DNA from: Myxococcota bacterium
Lineage (GTDB): Bacteria; Myxococcota; Myxococcia; Myxococcales; Myxococcaceae
Length of the DNA: 33,878 bases
Reading direction: 5' to 3'
Assembly (NCBI GenBank): GCA_049322255.1
Contig: JBMORE010000021.1
Location: forward strand, 1-33,878
Under the pieces are notes generated by a model. It had not been told where the DNA came from, made no database searches, and saw only the letters and a program-made list of their open reading frames with translations. The position numbers and the translations under genes were made by a program. Shown one piece after another: positions 8,033-18,501 of this stretch. Numbering within the stretch: position 1 is the first letter of the stretch; every line of letters begins with the position of its first letter.

Positions 8033-10771
8033 GTGATGACGACACCGTTCGAGAATTCGCCGGGCGCGGGCGCAGGGTCAGCGCCGAACGGGCACCGCCG
8101 GTGGCACGCGCTTCATGCCGCTGAGGCCATCGCCGCAATGGAGTCGGACGCGACGTCGGGCCTTTCGCCCGAGGAGGCATGGCGCCGGTTGACGCGGTTC
8201 GGTCCCAACGCCCTGCGCGAGCCGAAGCGGCGCACCCTCCTCTCGGTCTTCCTCCACCAATTCAAGAGCCCACTCATCTATCTGCTGTTCGCTGCGGCGG
8301 GCATCGCCCTCGCGCTCGAACACGTCAAAGACGCAGCCGTCATCTTCGCCGTTCTGCTGCTCAACGCGGTCATCGGTGCGTTCCAGGAGGGGCGAGCCGA
8401 GCGGTCGCTCGAGGCCCTTCGTAAGCTCGCCACGCACAAGGCGCGCGTCGTACGTGGCGGGCATGAGCTGATCATCGATGCACGCGAGGCAGTTCCCGGA
8501 GATGTCGTGTTGCTCGAGGCGGGTGATGCGGTCGCTGCCGATGCCCGCCTGCTCGATGGCGCCGCGCTTCAAATCGCCGAGGCTGCGCTCACCGGGGAGT
8601 CGGTTCCGGTCAGCAAGAGCCACCTTCCACTCGCCCCCGACACTCCCCTCGCAGATCGCCGGAACATGGTCTACGCGGGCACACACGTCACGGCGGGTCG
8701 CGCGCGGGTCGTCGTCGTGGCGACGGGACTGGCGACTGAGCTCGGACACATCGCAGCGCTGGCGGAAGAGGCGAAGGAACCCAAGACACCCCTCGAGCTC
8801 CGCATCGGCCAGTTCGGCCGGTACATCATCGTTGCTGCCCTGGGCCTGTTCATCCTCGTCAACCTGGTCGGCTTCCTTCAGGGCATTCCGTTCAGCGACA
8901 TCCTGATGGTCGGCATCAGTCAGGTCGTCAGCATGATTCCCGAAGGGTTACCCGTGGCCATGACGATCGCGCTCGCGGTGGGAGTCCAGCGCATGGCGCG
9001 GCGAAAGGCGGTCGTCCGGCGCTTGGCTGCCGTCGAAACGCTCGGCTCGACGACGGTCATCTGCAGCGACAAAACGGGGACACTCACGAAGAACGAGATG
9101 ACGGCGACGGCGATCTACCTGCCGGGGGGCCCGGACATCATGGTCACGGGCACCGGCTACGAGCCCATCGGCAAGCTCCTCGTGGATGGTCGCCAGACAG
9201 AGCCGGCAAACAACGAGCGCTTGCGCGAGCTCTTGGAAGCAGTCGTGCTCTGCAACGATGCGCAGCTTCAAGGGCCCGAGGACGCGGAACCGAGGTGGCG
9301 CCCGATCGGAGACCCCACCGAGGTCGCGCTTCTGACGCTGGCGATCAAAGGAGGTGTCGTCCCGCTGGAGCTTCGTGCTCGCTGTCCGCGGCGCGCCGAG
9401 CTCCCGTTCGATCCGGCGGTGAAAATGATGGCGACTCAGCATGACACGCCTACTGGGTCGCGCGTCATCATCAAGGGAGCCCCCGAGATGGTGCTCGAGC
9501 TGTCGCGAGGCTCAGACGACGCCAGACGTGCTCTGCACGAGGCGGCCGACCGCATGGCATCGCGGGCCCTTCGCGTTCTCGCCTTCGCCGTGGTCGACCG
9601 TGCCGAGATCGACGGTCGTGCTGGGTTCAACGCCTTTCGCGATCGGGTCGACCTGCTCGGGCTGGTGGGGCAGATCGACCCACCTCGGACAGAGGTGAAA
9701 GACGCCGTCGCGCGCTGCCGCGAAGCGGGGATCAAGCCGGTCATGGTCACCGGCGACCACAAGGCGACGGGACAGGCCATCGCACGGGAGCTGGGAATCG
9801 CAAGAGAGGGTGACGTGGCCGTCGACGGGCGCGAGCTCGAGCAGATGTCCGACGCCGACCTGGCCGCCCGCATCGATGAGATCTCCGTCTTCGCGCGCGT
9901 CCACCCCGCCCAGAAGCTTCGCATCGTGGACGCCTACCAACAGCGCCACGATGTCGTGGCCATGACTGGCGACGGCGTCAACGACGCTCCCGCTCTCGTC
10001 AAGGCCGACGTCGGCGTCGCGATGGGCGTGACGGGAACGGAGGTCGCGAAGGAAGCGGCCAAGATCGTGATCGGCGATGACAACTTCGCGACCATCGTCG
10101 CGGCTGTCGAGGAAGGGCGCGTCGTCTACCGCAACCTGAAAAAGCTGATCCTCTACCTCTTCACGACTTCGATCGCCGAGGTCGTCGTTCTTTTGACCGC
10201 GCTCCTGCTCGACTATCCGCCGCCACTCCTGGCGGTCCAGATTCTTTGGATCAACTTGGTCACCGACGGGATGCTCACCGTCACCCTGATCATGGAGCCG
10301 GCGGAGGGGGACGAGATGCGAGAGCGGCCCGTTCCTCGGGCGGAGCCCATCATCACCCGGCACCTGCTCTCTCGCGTCGCATTCATGGTGCCCGCCATGG
10401 CCGTGTCGACCCTGGGCTGGTTCATCTACCGCCAGGCCGCCGGGGTGCCCTTCCCTCAGGTCCAAACCGAGACATTTACCGTTCTGGTCGTCTGCCAGTG
10501 GTTCAACGTCTTGAGCTGCCGCTCCGAGCGCCGAACGGCCTTGAGCCCGACCCTCCTTCAGAATCCATGGCTGATCGGAGGGCTGCTGGGAGGGAACCTT
10601 CTTCAGGGAGCGGTCATCTTCTTTCGGCCGCTCGGCAGCGTCTTCCACACCGTGCCCTTCAGCCTGGGTGAAGTCTTCGCCATCGGGGGCGTGGCCAGTC
10701 TCGTGCTGTGGGTCGAGGAGCTTCGAAAGCTCGTCGTACGCCGACGGGCGCGAAGGCGCGAGTGGGAGTAA
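8033..10771 (+). CDS. Cation-transporting P-type ATPase, type II (Ca2+/Mn2+-ATPase-like)
   Basis: LTGES, IPEGLP, ICSDKTGTLT, GDPTE, KGAPE, DPPR, MVTGD, MTGDGVNDAPAL and QILWINLVTDG motifs. Start is GTG 8033 or ATG 8036. Confidence 0.93.
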   Translation: MMTTPFENSPGAGAGSAPNGHRRWHALHAAEAIAAMESDATSGLSPEEAWRRLTRFGPNALREPKRRTLLSVFLHQFKSPLIYLLFAAAGIALALEHVKDAAVIFAVLLLNAVIGAFQEGRAERSLEALRKLATHKARVVRGGHELIIDAREAVPGDVVLLEAGDAVAADARLLDGAALQIAEAALTGESVPVSKSHLPLAPDTPLADRRNMVYAGTHVTAGRARVVVVATGLATELGHIAALAEEAKEPKTPLELRIGQFGRYIIVAALGLFILVNLVGFLQGIPFSDILMVGISQVVSMIPEGLPVAMTIALAVGVQRMARRKAVVRRLAAVETLGSTTVICSDKTGTLTKNEMTATAIYLPGGPDIMVTGTGYEPIGKLLVDGRQTEPANNERLRELLEAVVLCNDAQLQGPEDAEPRWRPIGDPTEVALLTLAIKGGVVPLELRARCPRRAELPFDPAVKMMATQHDTPTGSRVIIKGAPEMVLELSRGSDDARRALHEAADRMASRALRVLAFAVVDRAEIDGRAGFNAFRDRVDLLGLVGQIDPPRTEVKDAVARCREAGIKPVMVTGDHKATGQAIARELGIAREGDVAVDGRELEQMSDADLAARIDEISVFARVHPAQKLRIVDAYQQRHDVVAMTGDGVNDAPALVKADVGVAMGVTGTEVAKEAAKIVIGDDNFATIVAAVEEGRVVYRNLKKLILYLFTTSIAEVVVLLTALLLDYPPPLLAVQILWINLVTDGMLTVTLIMEPAEGDEMRERPVPRAEPIITRHLLSRVAFMVPAMAVSTLGWFIYRQAAGVPFPQVQTETFTVLVVCQWFNVLSCRSERRTALSPTLLQNPWLIGGLLGGNLLQGAVIFFRPLGSVFHTVPFSLGEVFAIGGVASLVLWVEELRKLVVRRRARRREWE

Positions 10772-10804
10772 TGTTCGTTCGCAACGGCTCGAGAGGAGCG
10801 ATGA

Positions 10805-12355
10805 GTGCGATTTCTTCGTTGGTTGCTCCCGGCGATCGTCGCAGGGGGGCTGGTGGTCTGGGCGTCTTCCTGTGGTACCCGCGCGCCGCGCTGCCTGGCG
10901 TCCAACTGCCCGGGGTGTTGCGATGCCGAGGGCCAGTGCCAGCCCGGAGATCAGCCCACGGCCTGCGGCGTCTTGGCGGCAGCTTGCAAGGTGTGTGAAA
11001 GCGGGGCCTGCCAAGAGGGCGTCTGTCTACCCTCGGATGGTAGCAACGATGGTGGCAACCCCAACGATGGGGGAGAAAGGGACGCAGGCGTACGAGATGG
11101 CGGTGGCGGCGTTGACGCCGGGTTCAGTGGCACCGTGTGGTACCGCGGCGACTTTCTCACCGTGGGCGTCGAGCGACTGGGCAGGACGGGGTTGGTCGCT
11201 CTTCCTTTGCCTGGACAGGTGTCGGCGTTTGCCGTCTCGCCCGATCGCAGCAAAATCGTGGTGGGTACCGACGCCGTCGAGGCGGGGCGCTTCGATCTGA
11301 TGCTGGCCAACCCCGATGGTTCGAATCCACTTCGCATCGTCCAAGTTCCCAGTGGGAGCCGGGTGCGATCGATTCGCTTCTCTCCCTCCGGAGCTTGGCT
11401 GGCTTTCGAGGCAGACCTCGACGCCGCTGGGGTGTACGACATCTGGGTGGTACCGTTTTTGGGAGGGACGCCCGCAAGAGCGACCCCCTTGCGTCCCACC
11501 GGTCAACAATCGAACGGCGAGCTTGGGCCGCTCGCTTACTGCTGGTCGCGCGACTCCCGCTACCTGGCAGTGGTGGGCGACTATGAGGTGAACGCCGCCG
11601 TGCAGCTGTACATCGCAGACCTCAGCAACGCCACGGCGCCCTCCGTTGTCGTCGCGGTGAGCCAGGCGGCCGTGGGAACACCCACCGGCACCGCGAACAT
11701 CGGCGTGGAGCCGATGCTCGAGTGGACAGTCGCTGGAAAGCTGTTGTTCAAGGCCAAGTTGACGACGGACTCAGGGAAATTCCGCCTTCACCAGGTGGAT
11801 GCCAACGGACAAAACCTGCGTGTCCTCGCCAACTCCCCCAGCGGAAACGCTCAGCTGGGAGCGTTCGGTCTGTCTCCCAACGGGGCCTCCTTGGCCTTCA
11901 GCGCCGACACCCTCATCGCCAACGCGTATGAGGTGTATCGACTGCCGGTCGACGGCGCGCTCGCGCCCGCGTTGCTCACCAGCGGTACCTCGAGCGTGGG
12001 CGGGCCCAACGTCTCCGCACCCCTGCTGTGGAGCCCGGACGGCACCCGCATTGCCTTTACCGCCGACTACGTTTCGCCCGGGATGTTCGACTTGTACACC
12101 GTGCCCATCACGGGAGGCTCCGGCGCCAGCCGCGTGATCGCCACCCTCCCCCGCGATGGGGGACAGGACTTCAGAGCGCTGGCGTGGTCACCCAACTCGC
12201 AACAAATCGCAGCCATCGCTGACTGGCGCGTGGACCAGCGCTTCGAGGTCATTCGCACCGAGAACGCCACCAGCTCTGCCCAAACCCCGGTGGTGGTGCA
12301 AGGTGTGCCCAGTGGCGGCAACGTGCTCGACCTCGCCTGGACCCAAACTCCCTGA
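10805..12355 (+). CDS. Secreted or lipoprotein TolB-like (PD40/WD40-type) beta-propeller with an N-terminal Cys-rich module
   Basis: Hydrophobic signal ending WASSC. CLASNCPGCC…C…ACG…CKVC…C…C module, then a DGG/DAG linker. Repeated blades VSPDRSKI, FSPSGAWLAF, WSRDSRYLA, LSPNGASLAF, WSPDGTRIAF, WSPNSQQIA. Confidence 0.78.
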   Translation: MRFLRWLLPAIVAGGLVVWASSCGTRAPRCLASNCPGCCDAEGQCQPGDQPTACGVLAAACKVCESGACQEGVCLPSDGSNDGGNPNDGGERDAGVRDGGGGVDAGFSGTVWYRGDFLTVGVERLGRTGLVALPLPGQVSAFAVSPDRSKIVVGTDAVEAGRFDLMLANPDGSNPLRIVQVPSGSRVRSIRFSPSGAWLAFEADLDAAGVYDIWVVPFLGGTPARATPLRPTGQQSNGELGPLAYCWSRDSRYLAVVGDYEVNAAVQLYIADLSNATAPSVVVAVSQAAVGTPTGTANIGVEPMLEWTVAGKLLFKAKLTTDSGKFRLHQVDANGQNLRVLANSPSGNAQLGAFGLSPNGASLAFSADTLIANAYEVYRLPVDGALAPALLTSGTSSVGGPNVSAPLLWSPDGTRIAFTADYVSPGMFDLYTVPITGGSGASRVIATLPRDGGQDFRALAWSPNSQQIAAIADWRVDQRFEVIRTENATSSAQTPVVVQGVPSGGNVLDLAWTQTP

Positions 12356-12397
12356 CGGTCGGCGTGTCACCTGCACGCAGATCGAGCGGCGTGCGCG

Positions 12398-13186
12398 TCA
12401 GCTACCCGTAGGAAGAGGTGGGGCGGTCATCTCTCCCGTAGCAGGAGCGGCCACCGCGCCTTTTCCGAAAACGAGACCGAGGCCGAACTGAAAGAAGAGC
12501 CCGTTTCCGAAACCGCTGCTCCCGCTGGCGCTTTGCCCTCCCGCGCTGACTCCGGCCGTACTGAAAACGGGATAGAGGAGGTTGATTTCGGGAACCAGCG
12601 CGAACCCCTCGCTCACGCGGGCATAGTAACCGACCGATGTGCCCAGGTTGACCACGTTCAAGGTGGCGGAGGCGGAGCTGCCTGTTCCGCCCACGCTGCC
12701 GCCGGCTGACGAGAATATCAACCAGTCGAGAATTCGCGGGCCGACGAAGAACTCCGAGCCGCCGCCCGTCTTGAAACCAATCAACACGGGAACTTGAAGT
12801 CCAAACATGCCCACCGACGCGGACGAGGTCGCACCGCCACTGGAGCCACCGCTCGCCAAGGCGAAGCCTCCAACGGTCGGAGCGATCGAGATGGTCGGCC
12901 CATCACTCGTCGGATCCGAGAACTGGTACTTCGACAACAGCTCGATCGCCGTGGCACCAATGCGCCCGCCGAGCTCCAAACGCTCCGAGATGCCGTAGCG
13001 CAAGGAAAGGTTCCCCATGGGAATGAACGCGAAGCCGCTGGTGTTGGCGGCCCCAACCAACGCCGGTTCGATGCCCACCTGAAGGTTGCCTTTCCCGATG
13101 GCGCTCGGAGAGGTGTAGAGCCCAGGGGTGACGCACCCCGCAGCGACGACGAGAAGGAAAGCAACCAGCAGAGAGGAACTTTTCAT
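12398..13186 (-). CDS. Hypothetical outer-membrane (beta-strand-rich) lipoprotein
   Basis: MKSSSLLVAFLLVVAAGC lipobox (ATG 13186 preferred over GTG 13198). Alternating beta-strand pattern (SLRYGISERLELGGRIG, FFQFGLGLVF) with Gly/Ser loops. Confidence 0.7.
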   Translation of the reverse strand: MKSSSLLVAFLLVVAAGCVTPGLYTSPSAIGKGNLQVGIEPALVGAANTSGFAFIPMGNLSLRYGISERLELGGRIGATAIELLSKYQFSDPTSDGPTISIAPTVGGFALASGGSSGGATSSASVGMFGLQVPVLIGFKTGGGSEFFVGPRILDWLIFSSAGGSVGGTGSSASATLNVVNLGTSVGYYARVSEGFALVPEINLLYPVFSTAGVSAGGQSASGSSGFGNGLFFQFGLGLVFGKGAVAAPATGEMTAPPLPTGS

Positions 13187-13196
13187 AGGGGCCGGC

Positions 13197-13226
13197 ACCC
13201 TAGGGATTGCTTAGGTTGCCTGTCAA
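13197..13226 (-). promoter_or_regulatory. Putative sigma70 promoter for the 12398-13186 lipoprotein gene
   Basis: Minus strand TTGACA-N18-TAGGGT, 10 nt upstream of the ATG, so a near-leaderless transcript. Confidence 0.5.
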
Positions 13227-13496
13227 ACATTCTTTCTCCCCCTGAAGTCGAAGTAGTCTTCGGCGCCTCATGACCAAGGTCCTGGTCGTCGACGACGAGA
13301 CCAATCTCCGAAAGGTGCTGGCGANNNNNNNNNNNNNNNNNNNNNNNNNNNNNNNNNNNNNNNNNNNNNNNNNNNNNNNNNNNNNNNNNNNNNNNNNNNN
13401 NNNNNNNNNNNNNNNNNNNNNNNNCCCTAGGGATTGCTTAGGTTGCCTGTCAAACATTCTTTCTCCCCCTGAAGTCGAAGTAGTCTTCGGCGCCTC

Positions 13497-14888
<1,392 letters not shown>

Positions 14889-14891
14889 CCG

Positions 14892-15905
14892 ATGCCTGAG
14901 CTGCCTACGCTGGGAGAGCCACCGAAGAAGAGCCCGGTCGGCAAAGTCATCGCCATCGCCGCCGTCGCAGGTCTTTCCGCCGGCTTCATCTTCTGGCTCA
15001 CCCGCAAAACACCGGAGCCGCCCGCGCCGCCGGCTCCTCCTCCTGTCGCTGTCTCCGAGGTGGCGCAGCCGGCGGTGCCCCCTCCTCCGGCTGATCCGCT
15101 GATCGCCGCCGGGCTAAAGCGCGCACAGGTTTCCCTCCACGGGCCGTTGGAGACCGCGCTGGTGGAGTCGGTGGGCCGCGACGTCGGCGAAGCGTTGACC
15201 CAGGTCGTCACCCGCGCCCTGGTCTGGTGGGTCCAAGTCCCCGCGGACCTGCGCAAGGGAGACGCAGTCGATGTGCTCTTCCAACCGCGTGCGGGTGAAG
15301 AGCCACTGGTGCATGCCGTACGGCTGACCAGCCAAAAGCACGACAAGACCTTCGAGGCATTTCGTTTTCAGCCTCCCGGTGCCGCCTTCGCCCGCTTCTT
15401 TACGCCCTCGGGAGAGGAGCTGGAAGAGCGGCTGGAAGACGCTCCCTTGGACGAGTACGAGCAAATCACCTCGCTGCTTCGCGATGGCCGCCGCCACAAG
15501 GGGGTCGACTTCAAAACGCCGGTGGGCACCCCGGTGAAGGCGACCTTCTTTGGCACCATCACCCGCAAGAATTGGAGCTTTCGCGCCAACGGCAACTGCC
15601 TGGAGCTCTCCGAGGCGGGCGGGCGACGTAAGGCGGTGTTCCTCCACCTCTCCGAGCTGCCCCGCTCCCTCCGGGTGGGTCAGCGGGTGGCCAAAGGCGA
15701 CGTCATCGCCCAGTCGGGAAACTCAGGGCGCTCCTTCGCGCCCCACCTGCACTACCAGCTGGAGAACGCGAGCGGCAAAGTGATGGACCCGTTCCAGAGC
15801 CACAAGAGCTTCCGCCGGAGCGTCTTGGCGGCGCACAAACCCCTGCTCGAGGCCGAGATCCGCCGCCTACAAGGGCTTCTTGCCCCAGCGCTGTCTGGGC
15901 CGTGA
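14892..15905 (+). CDS. M23-family metallopeptidase, N-terminally membrane-anchored
   Basis: TM segment VIAIAAVAGLSAGFIFWL and a Pro-rich linker. HKGVDF (HxxxD), GNSGRS and PHLHY (HxH) motifs. Starts 3 bp after the regulator stop. Confidence 0.9.
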   Translation: MPELPTLGEPPKKSPVGKVIAIAAVAGLSAGFIFWLTRKTPEPPAPPAPPPVAVSEVAQPAVPPPPADPLIAAGLKRAQVSLHGPLETALVESVGRDVGEALTQVVTRALVWWVQVPADLRKGDAVDVLFQPRAGEEPLVHAVRLTSQKHDKTFEAFRFQPPGAAFARFFTPSGEELEERLEDAPLDEYEQITSLLRDGRRHKGVDFKTPVGTPVKATFFGTITRKNWSFRANGNCLELSEAGGRRKAVFLHLSELPRSLRVGQRVAKGDVIAQSGNSGRSFAPHLHYQLENASGKVMDPFQSHKSFRRSVLAAHKPLLEAEIRRLQGLLAPALSGP

Positions 15906-15916
15906 GGTGGCCTTTC

Positions 15917-15945
15917 TTGACCCCTCCGCCGCGGGAGACTAGCGT
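15917..15945 (+). promoter_or_regulatory. Putative sigma70 promoter for the OMP gene
   Basis: TTGACC-N17-TAGCGT in the intergenic gap. Confidence 0.5.
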
Positions 15946-16005
15946 CGGGGCCCCATCAAACCCTGTCGTTGTCGGGGGTTACACCATCAAATGCACGGCT
16001 GTTCG

Positions 16006-17301
16006 ATGAGACGTCTGGGCGCGCTGCTGCTTGTGGGCGCATTCGCCGGTCCTGCCAGCGCCGCGGAGCTCACCCGCATCGCCTCCTCCTTCGACGCCAA
16101 GGACCCCTTCGGGATGTTCCTCGACGTAGGCTACGAGCGCACCCAGCACCGCACCAAAATCGTCCGCGAGTTCCACCAGCAGGGCACCCTGGAGGACGTG
16201 ACCGAGCTGCGCTACGTGGGCATCGACTCGCGGCTGAACCTCGACCTTCGGCTGGGGCTTTGGCAAGACCTCGAGTTCCGCTACGGGCTTCCCATCGTCT
16301 TTCAGCAGCACCGCCGCTGGCGCTTCGACTCGAACACCGGCCCGAACAACTCCACCATCTCCAACAACTGTCTGCAGGCCAACGGCGAACTGCTCGACCC
16401 CGGCTGCCCCACCACCGGTGCCGGGCAACGGCCGCTCTTCGAGGTGGGCGACACCACCGACAGCTACCGCGCCGGCTTAGGGGACATGACCTTCGGGCTG
16501 GCGTACGCCTTCTTCAACCAGCGACGCGACGACACCAAGCCGACCTGGATTCTCGGCATCGACTACACCGCGCCCACCACCGCCATGCTCGACCCGACGG
16601 TGACGACCGCGCGCGACTCGGCGGGGGCGCTGGGCGACCGCCACCACAAGTACAAGTTCTACACCTCGCTCTCCCGCCGCGTGGGCGTCGCCGACCCGTA
16701 CTTCCAAATCCACTACACCCTCGCCTACCGCGGCCCGGGCTGGTACTCGAACTGCGACAACCCCGACCCGCGCACCATGGGTCGCCCCGAGAACTGCAAC
16801 ACCGAACAGTGGACACGCTCGGACACCGGCATCCGCCTGCCGCACGTGGGCGGCATCGTCTTCGGCTCGGAGTTCAACGCCTACGACCTGCCCTCGAAGC
16901 ACCAGAAGTTCGCCATCGACCTGCGCGGGTACGTCACCTACGTGTCCGAGGGCCGCTACTACAACGAGATGAGCGACCTGTTCGCCAAGCTGCTCTACAC
17001 CCAGGACCACCTCCAGCTGGGAGGCCAGTTCGGCATCGTGGCCCACGCTGCCGAGTACGTGCACCTGCGCGCGAGCGCCGCCTTGCTCTACAACACCGAG
17101 CACAACCTGACCGATGAGACGATCGGCAAGGACTTCGCCGGCCCAGGTGGCCAAGGTCCCAACGGCACGGTGGACATCACCCAGGTGCCCATCGAGCTGA
17201 ACCCGAACTTCGACTGGCGCACCGACATGGTGTCGCGCCGCTTTCGGGCCACCGAGACCTCGATCTTCCGCCTCGACCTGAGTGCCTCGTTCAATTTCTA
17301 G
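16006..17301 (+). CDS. Hypothetical outer-membrane beta-barrel protein
   Basis: Signal MRRLGALLLVGAFAGPASA/AE (ATG 16006; 15991 also possible). Amphipathic strands, GLGDMTFG motif, C-terminal LSASFNF beta-signal, two Cys pairs in loops. Confidence 0.78.
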   Translation: MRRLGALLLVGAFAGPASAAELTRIASSFDAKDPFGMFLDVGYERTQHRTKIVREFHQQGTLEDVTELRYVGIDSRLNLDLRLGLWQDLEFRYGLPIVFQQHRRWRFDSNTGPNNSTISNNCLQANGELLDPGCPTTGAGQRPLFEVGDTTDSYRAGLGDMTFGLAYAFFNQRRDDTKPTWILGIDYTAPTTAMLDPTVTTARDSAGALGDRHHKYKFYTSLSRRVGVADPYFQIHYTLAYRGPGWYSNCDNPDPRTMGRPENCNTEQWTRSDTGIRLPHVGGIVFGSEFNAYDLPSKHQKFAIDLRGYVTYVSEGRYYNEMSDLFAKLLYTQDHLQLGGQFGIVAHAAEYVHLRASAALLYNTEHNLTDETIGKDFAGPGGQGPNGTVDITQVPIELNPNFDWRTDMVSRRFRATETSIFRLDLSASFNF

Positions 17302-18119
17302 GCTTTGAGCCCCAGCCGGTAGACCTCCTTCGCCACCCACCCGGCGCGGCGGGCGATGTCGGTGGAGAGCGTCTTGAGCTTCTCTCCCCGCGCAAGCCCT
17401 TGAGCGAGCGCGCGCCGCACCTCCTCCTCGCTCCAGCGCCCCGGGCCACGCCGGCCTTCGACGACGAGCACCACCTCGCCGAGGACCTCGACGTTCTCGA
17501 AGCGCTTGGCCAGCTCTCTCAAGGTTCCGCGGACGAGCTCCTCGTGGATTTTGGTGAGCTCGCGGGCCACGCACGCGCGGCGGTCGCCCCAGGCACCTTG
17601 CAGCTCGACCAACGTCTCGGTGAGCCGCCGGGGGGACTCGTAGAGCACCAGCGTCGCCGAAAGCGCCGCCACCTCTTCGAGCATCGACTGGCGCTCGGGC
17701 CCTTTGCGCGGCAGAAAGCCCAAGAAGTGAAAGCGTCCGCTGGGCAGCCCCGACGCCGAGAGCGCCGCCACCAGCGCGGTGGCCCCGGGAATGGGGACGA
17801 CTTGAAGGCCCCGCTCCACCGCCTCGGCCACCAGCTTCTCTCCTGGGTCGCTGATTCCCGGGCTGCCCGCGTCGGTGACGAGGGCGCAATCTTCTCCCGC
17901 CTCCACTCGATCGAGAATCCGCCCCGCCCGCTCGCCCTCGGCGAACGCCGGCAGGCTCACCGTTTCCTTGGAAAGGCCCACATGCTGAAGCAGCACCCGG
18001 GAGCGGCGGGTGTCCTCGCAGGCGACGAAGGCGACCGCGCGCAAGGTGTCGGCCGCACGGGTGGTGAGGTCTCCCAGGTTACCGATGGGGGTGGCGACGA
18101 GGAAAAGACGGCCGGGCAC
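17298..18119 (-). CDS. rsmI: 16S rRNA (cytidine1402-2'-O)-methyltransferase
   Basis: VATPIGNLGD, CEDTR, DAGSPGISDPG, YESP and RELTKIHEE motifs. Stop overlaps the convergent OMP stop by 4 bp. Confidence 0.95.
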   Translation of the reverse strand: MPGRLFLVATPIGNLGDLTTRAADTLRAVAFVACEDTRRSRVLLQHVGLSKETVSLPAFAEGERAGRILDRVEAGEDCALVTDAGSPGISDPGEKLVAEAVERGLQVVPIPGATALVAALSASGLPSGRFHFLGFLPRKGPERQSMLEEVAALSATLVLYESPRRLTETLVELQGAWGDRRACVARELTKIHEELVRGTLRELAKRFENVEVLGEVVLVVEGRRGPGRWSEEEVRRALAQGLARGEKLKTLSTDIARRAGWVAKEVYRLGLKA

Positions 18120-18132
18120 GGCGAGGAACTTC

Positions 18133-18495
18133 TCACATCCCCGCGTCGAACGCGTCGGGGATGTGCTCGACCAGCGCGTCCTTGCCCTTGCCCACCACCG
18201 AGATGACGTCGAAGCGCACCATGCGGTTGCGAACGCGGTGCTGCTGAAGGAAGTGCAGCGCCGCCTTCACCACCCGCCGCTGCTTGGCGCCCGTCACCGT
18301 GTGCGATGGGTCACCCCACGCCGCCGTCGATCGCATGCGCACCTCGACGAAGCAGACGGTGTCGCCTTTCTCCGCCACCACGTCCACCTCTCCCCAACGG
18401 CAGAAGAAGTTGCGCTCTTTCACCTCGTAACCTGCGCGGGTGAGAAACGAGACCGCCGCGTCCTCCGCCTCCTTGCCGAGCTCCCGTCTGTCCAC
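18133..18495 (-). CDS. yraN: YraN (UPF0102) family PD-(D/E)XK-like protein
   Basis: GKEAEDAA, RN…GEVDVVA, FVEVR, KQRR and RFDVI motifs. GTG start at 18495 with GGAGGTG SD 5 nt upstream. 120 aa. Confidence 0.9.
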   Translation of the reverse strand: MDRRELGKEAEDAAVSFLTRAGYEVKERNFFCRWGEVDVVAEKGDTVCFVEVRMRSTAAWGDPSHTVTGAKQRRVVKAALHFLQQHRVRNRMVRFDVISVVGKGKDALVEHIPDAFDAGM

Positions 18496-18501
18496 CTCGT
18501 C

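Noticed and set aside
12373..12394. GCACGC/GCGTGC hairpin between convergent genes
   Set aside because: Short stem and no U-tract on either strand; too weak to call a terminator.
18335..18355. YraN has FVEVR instead of the ExK nuclease motif
   Set aside because: Arg at this position is common in the YraN family, so it is not evidence of anything unusual.
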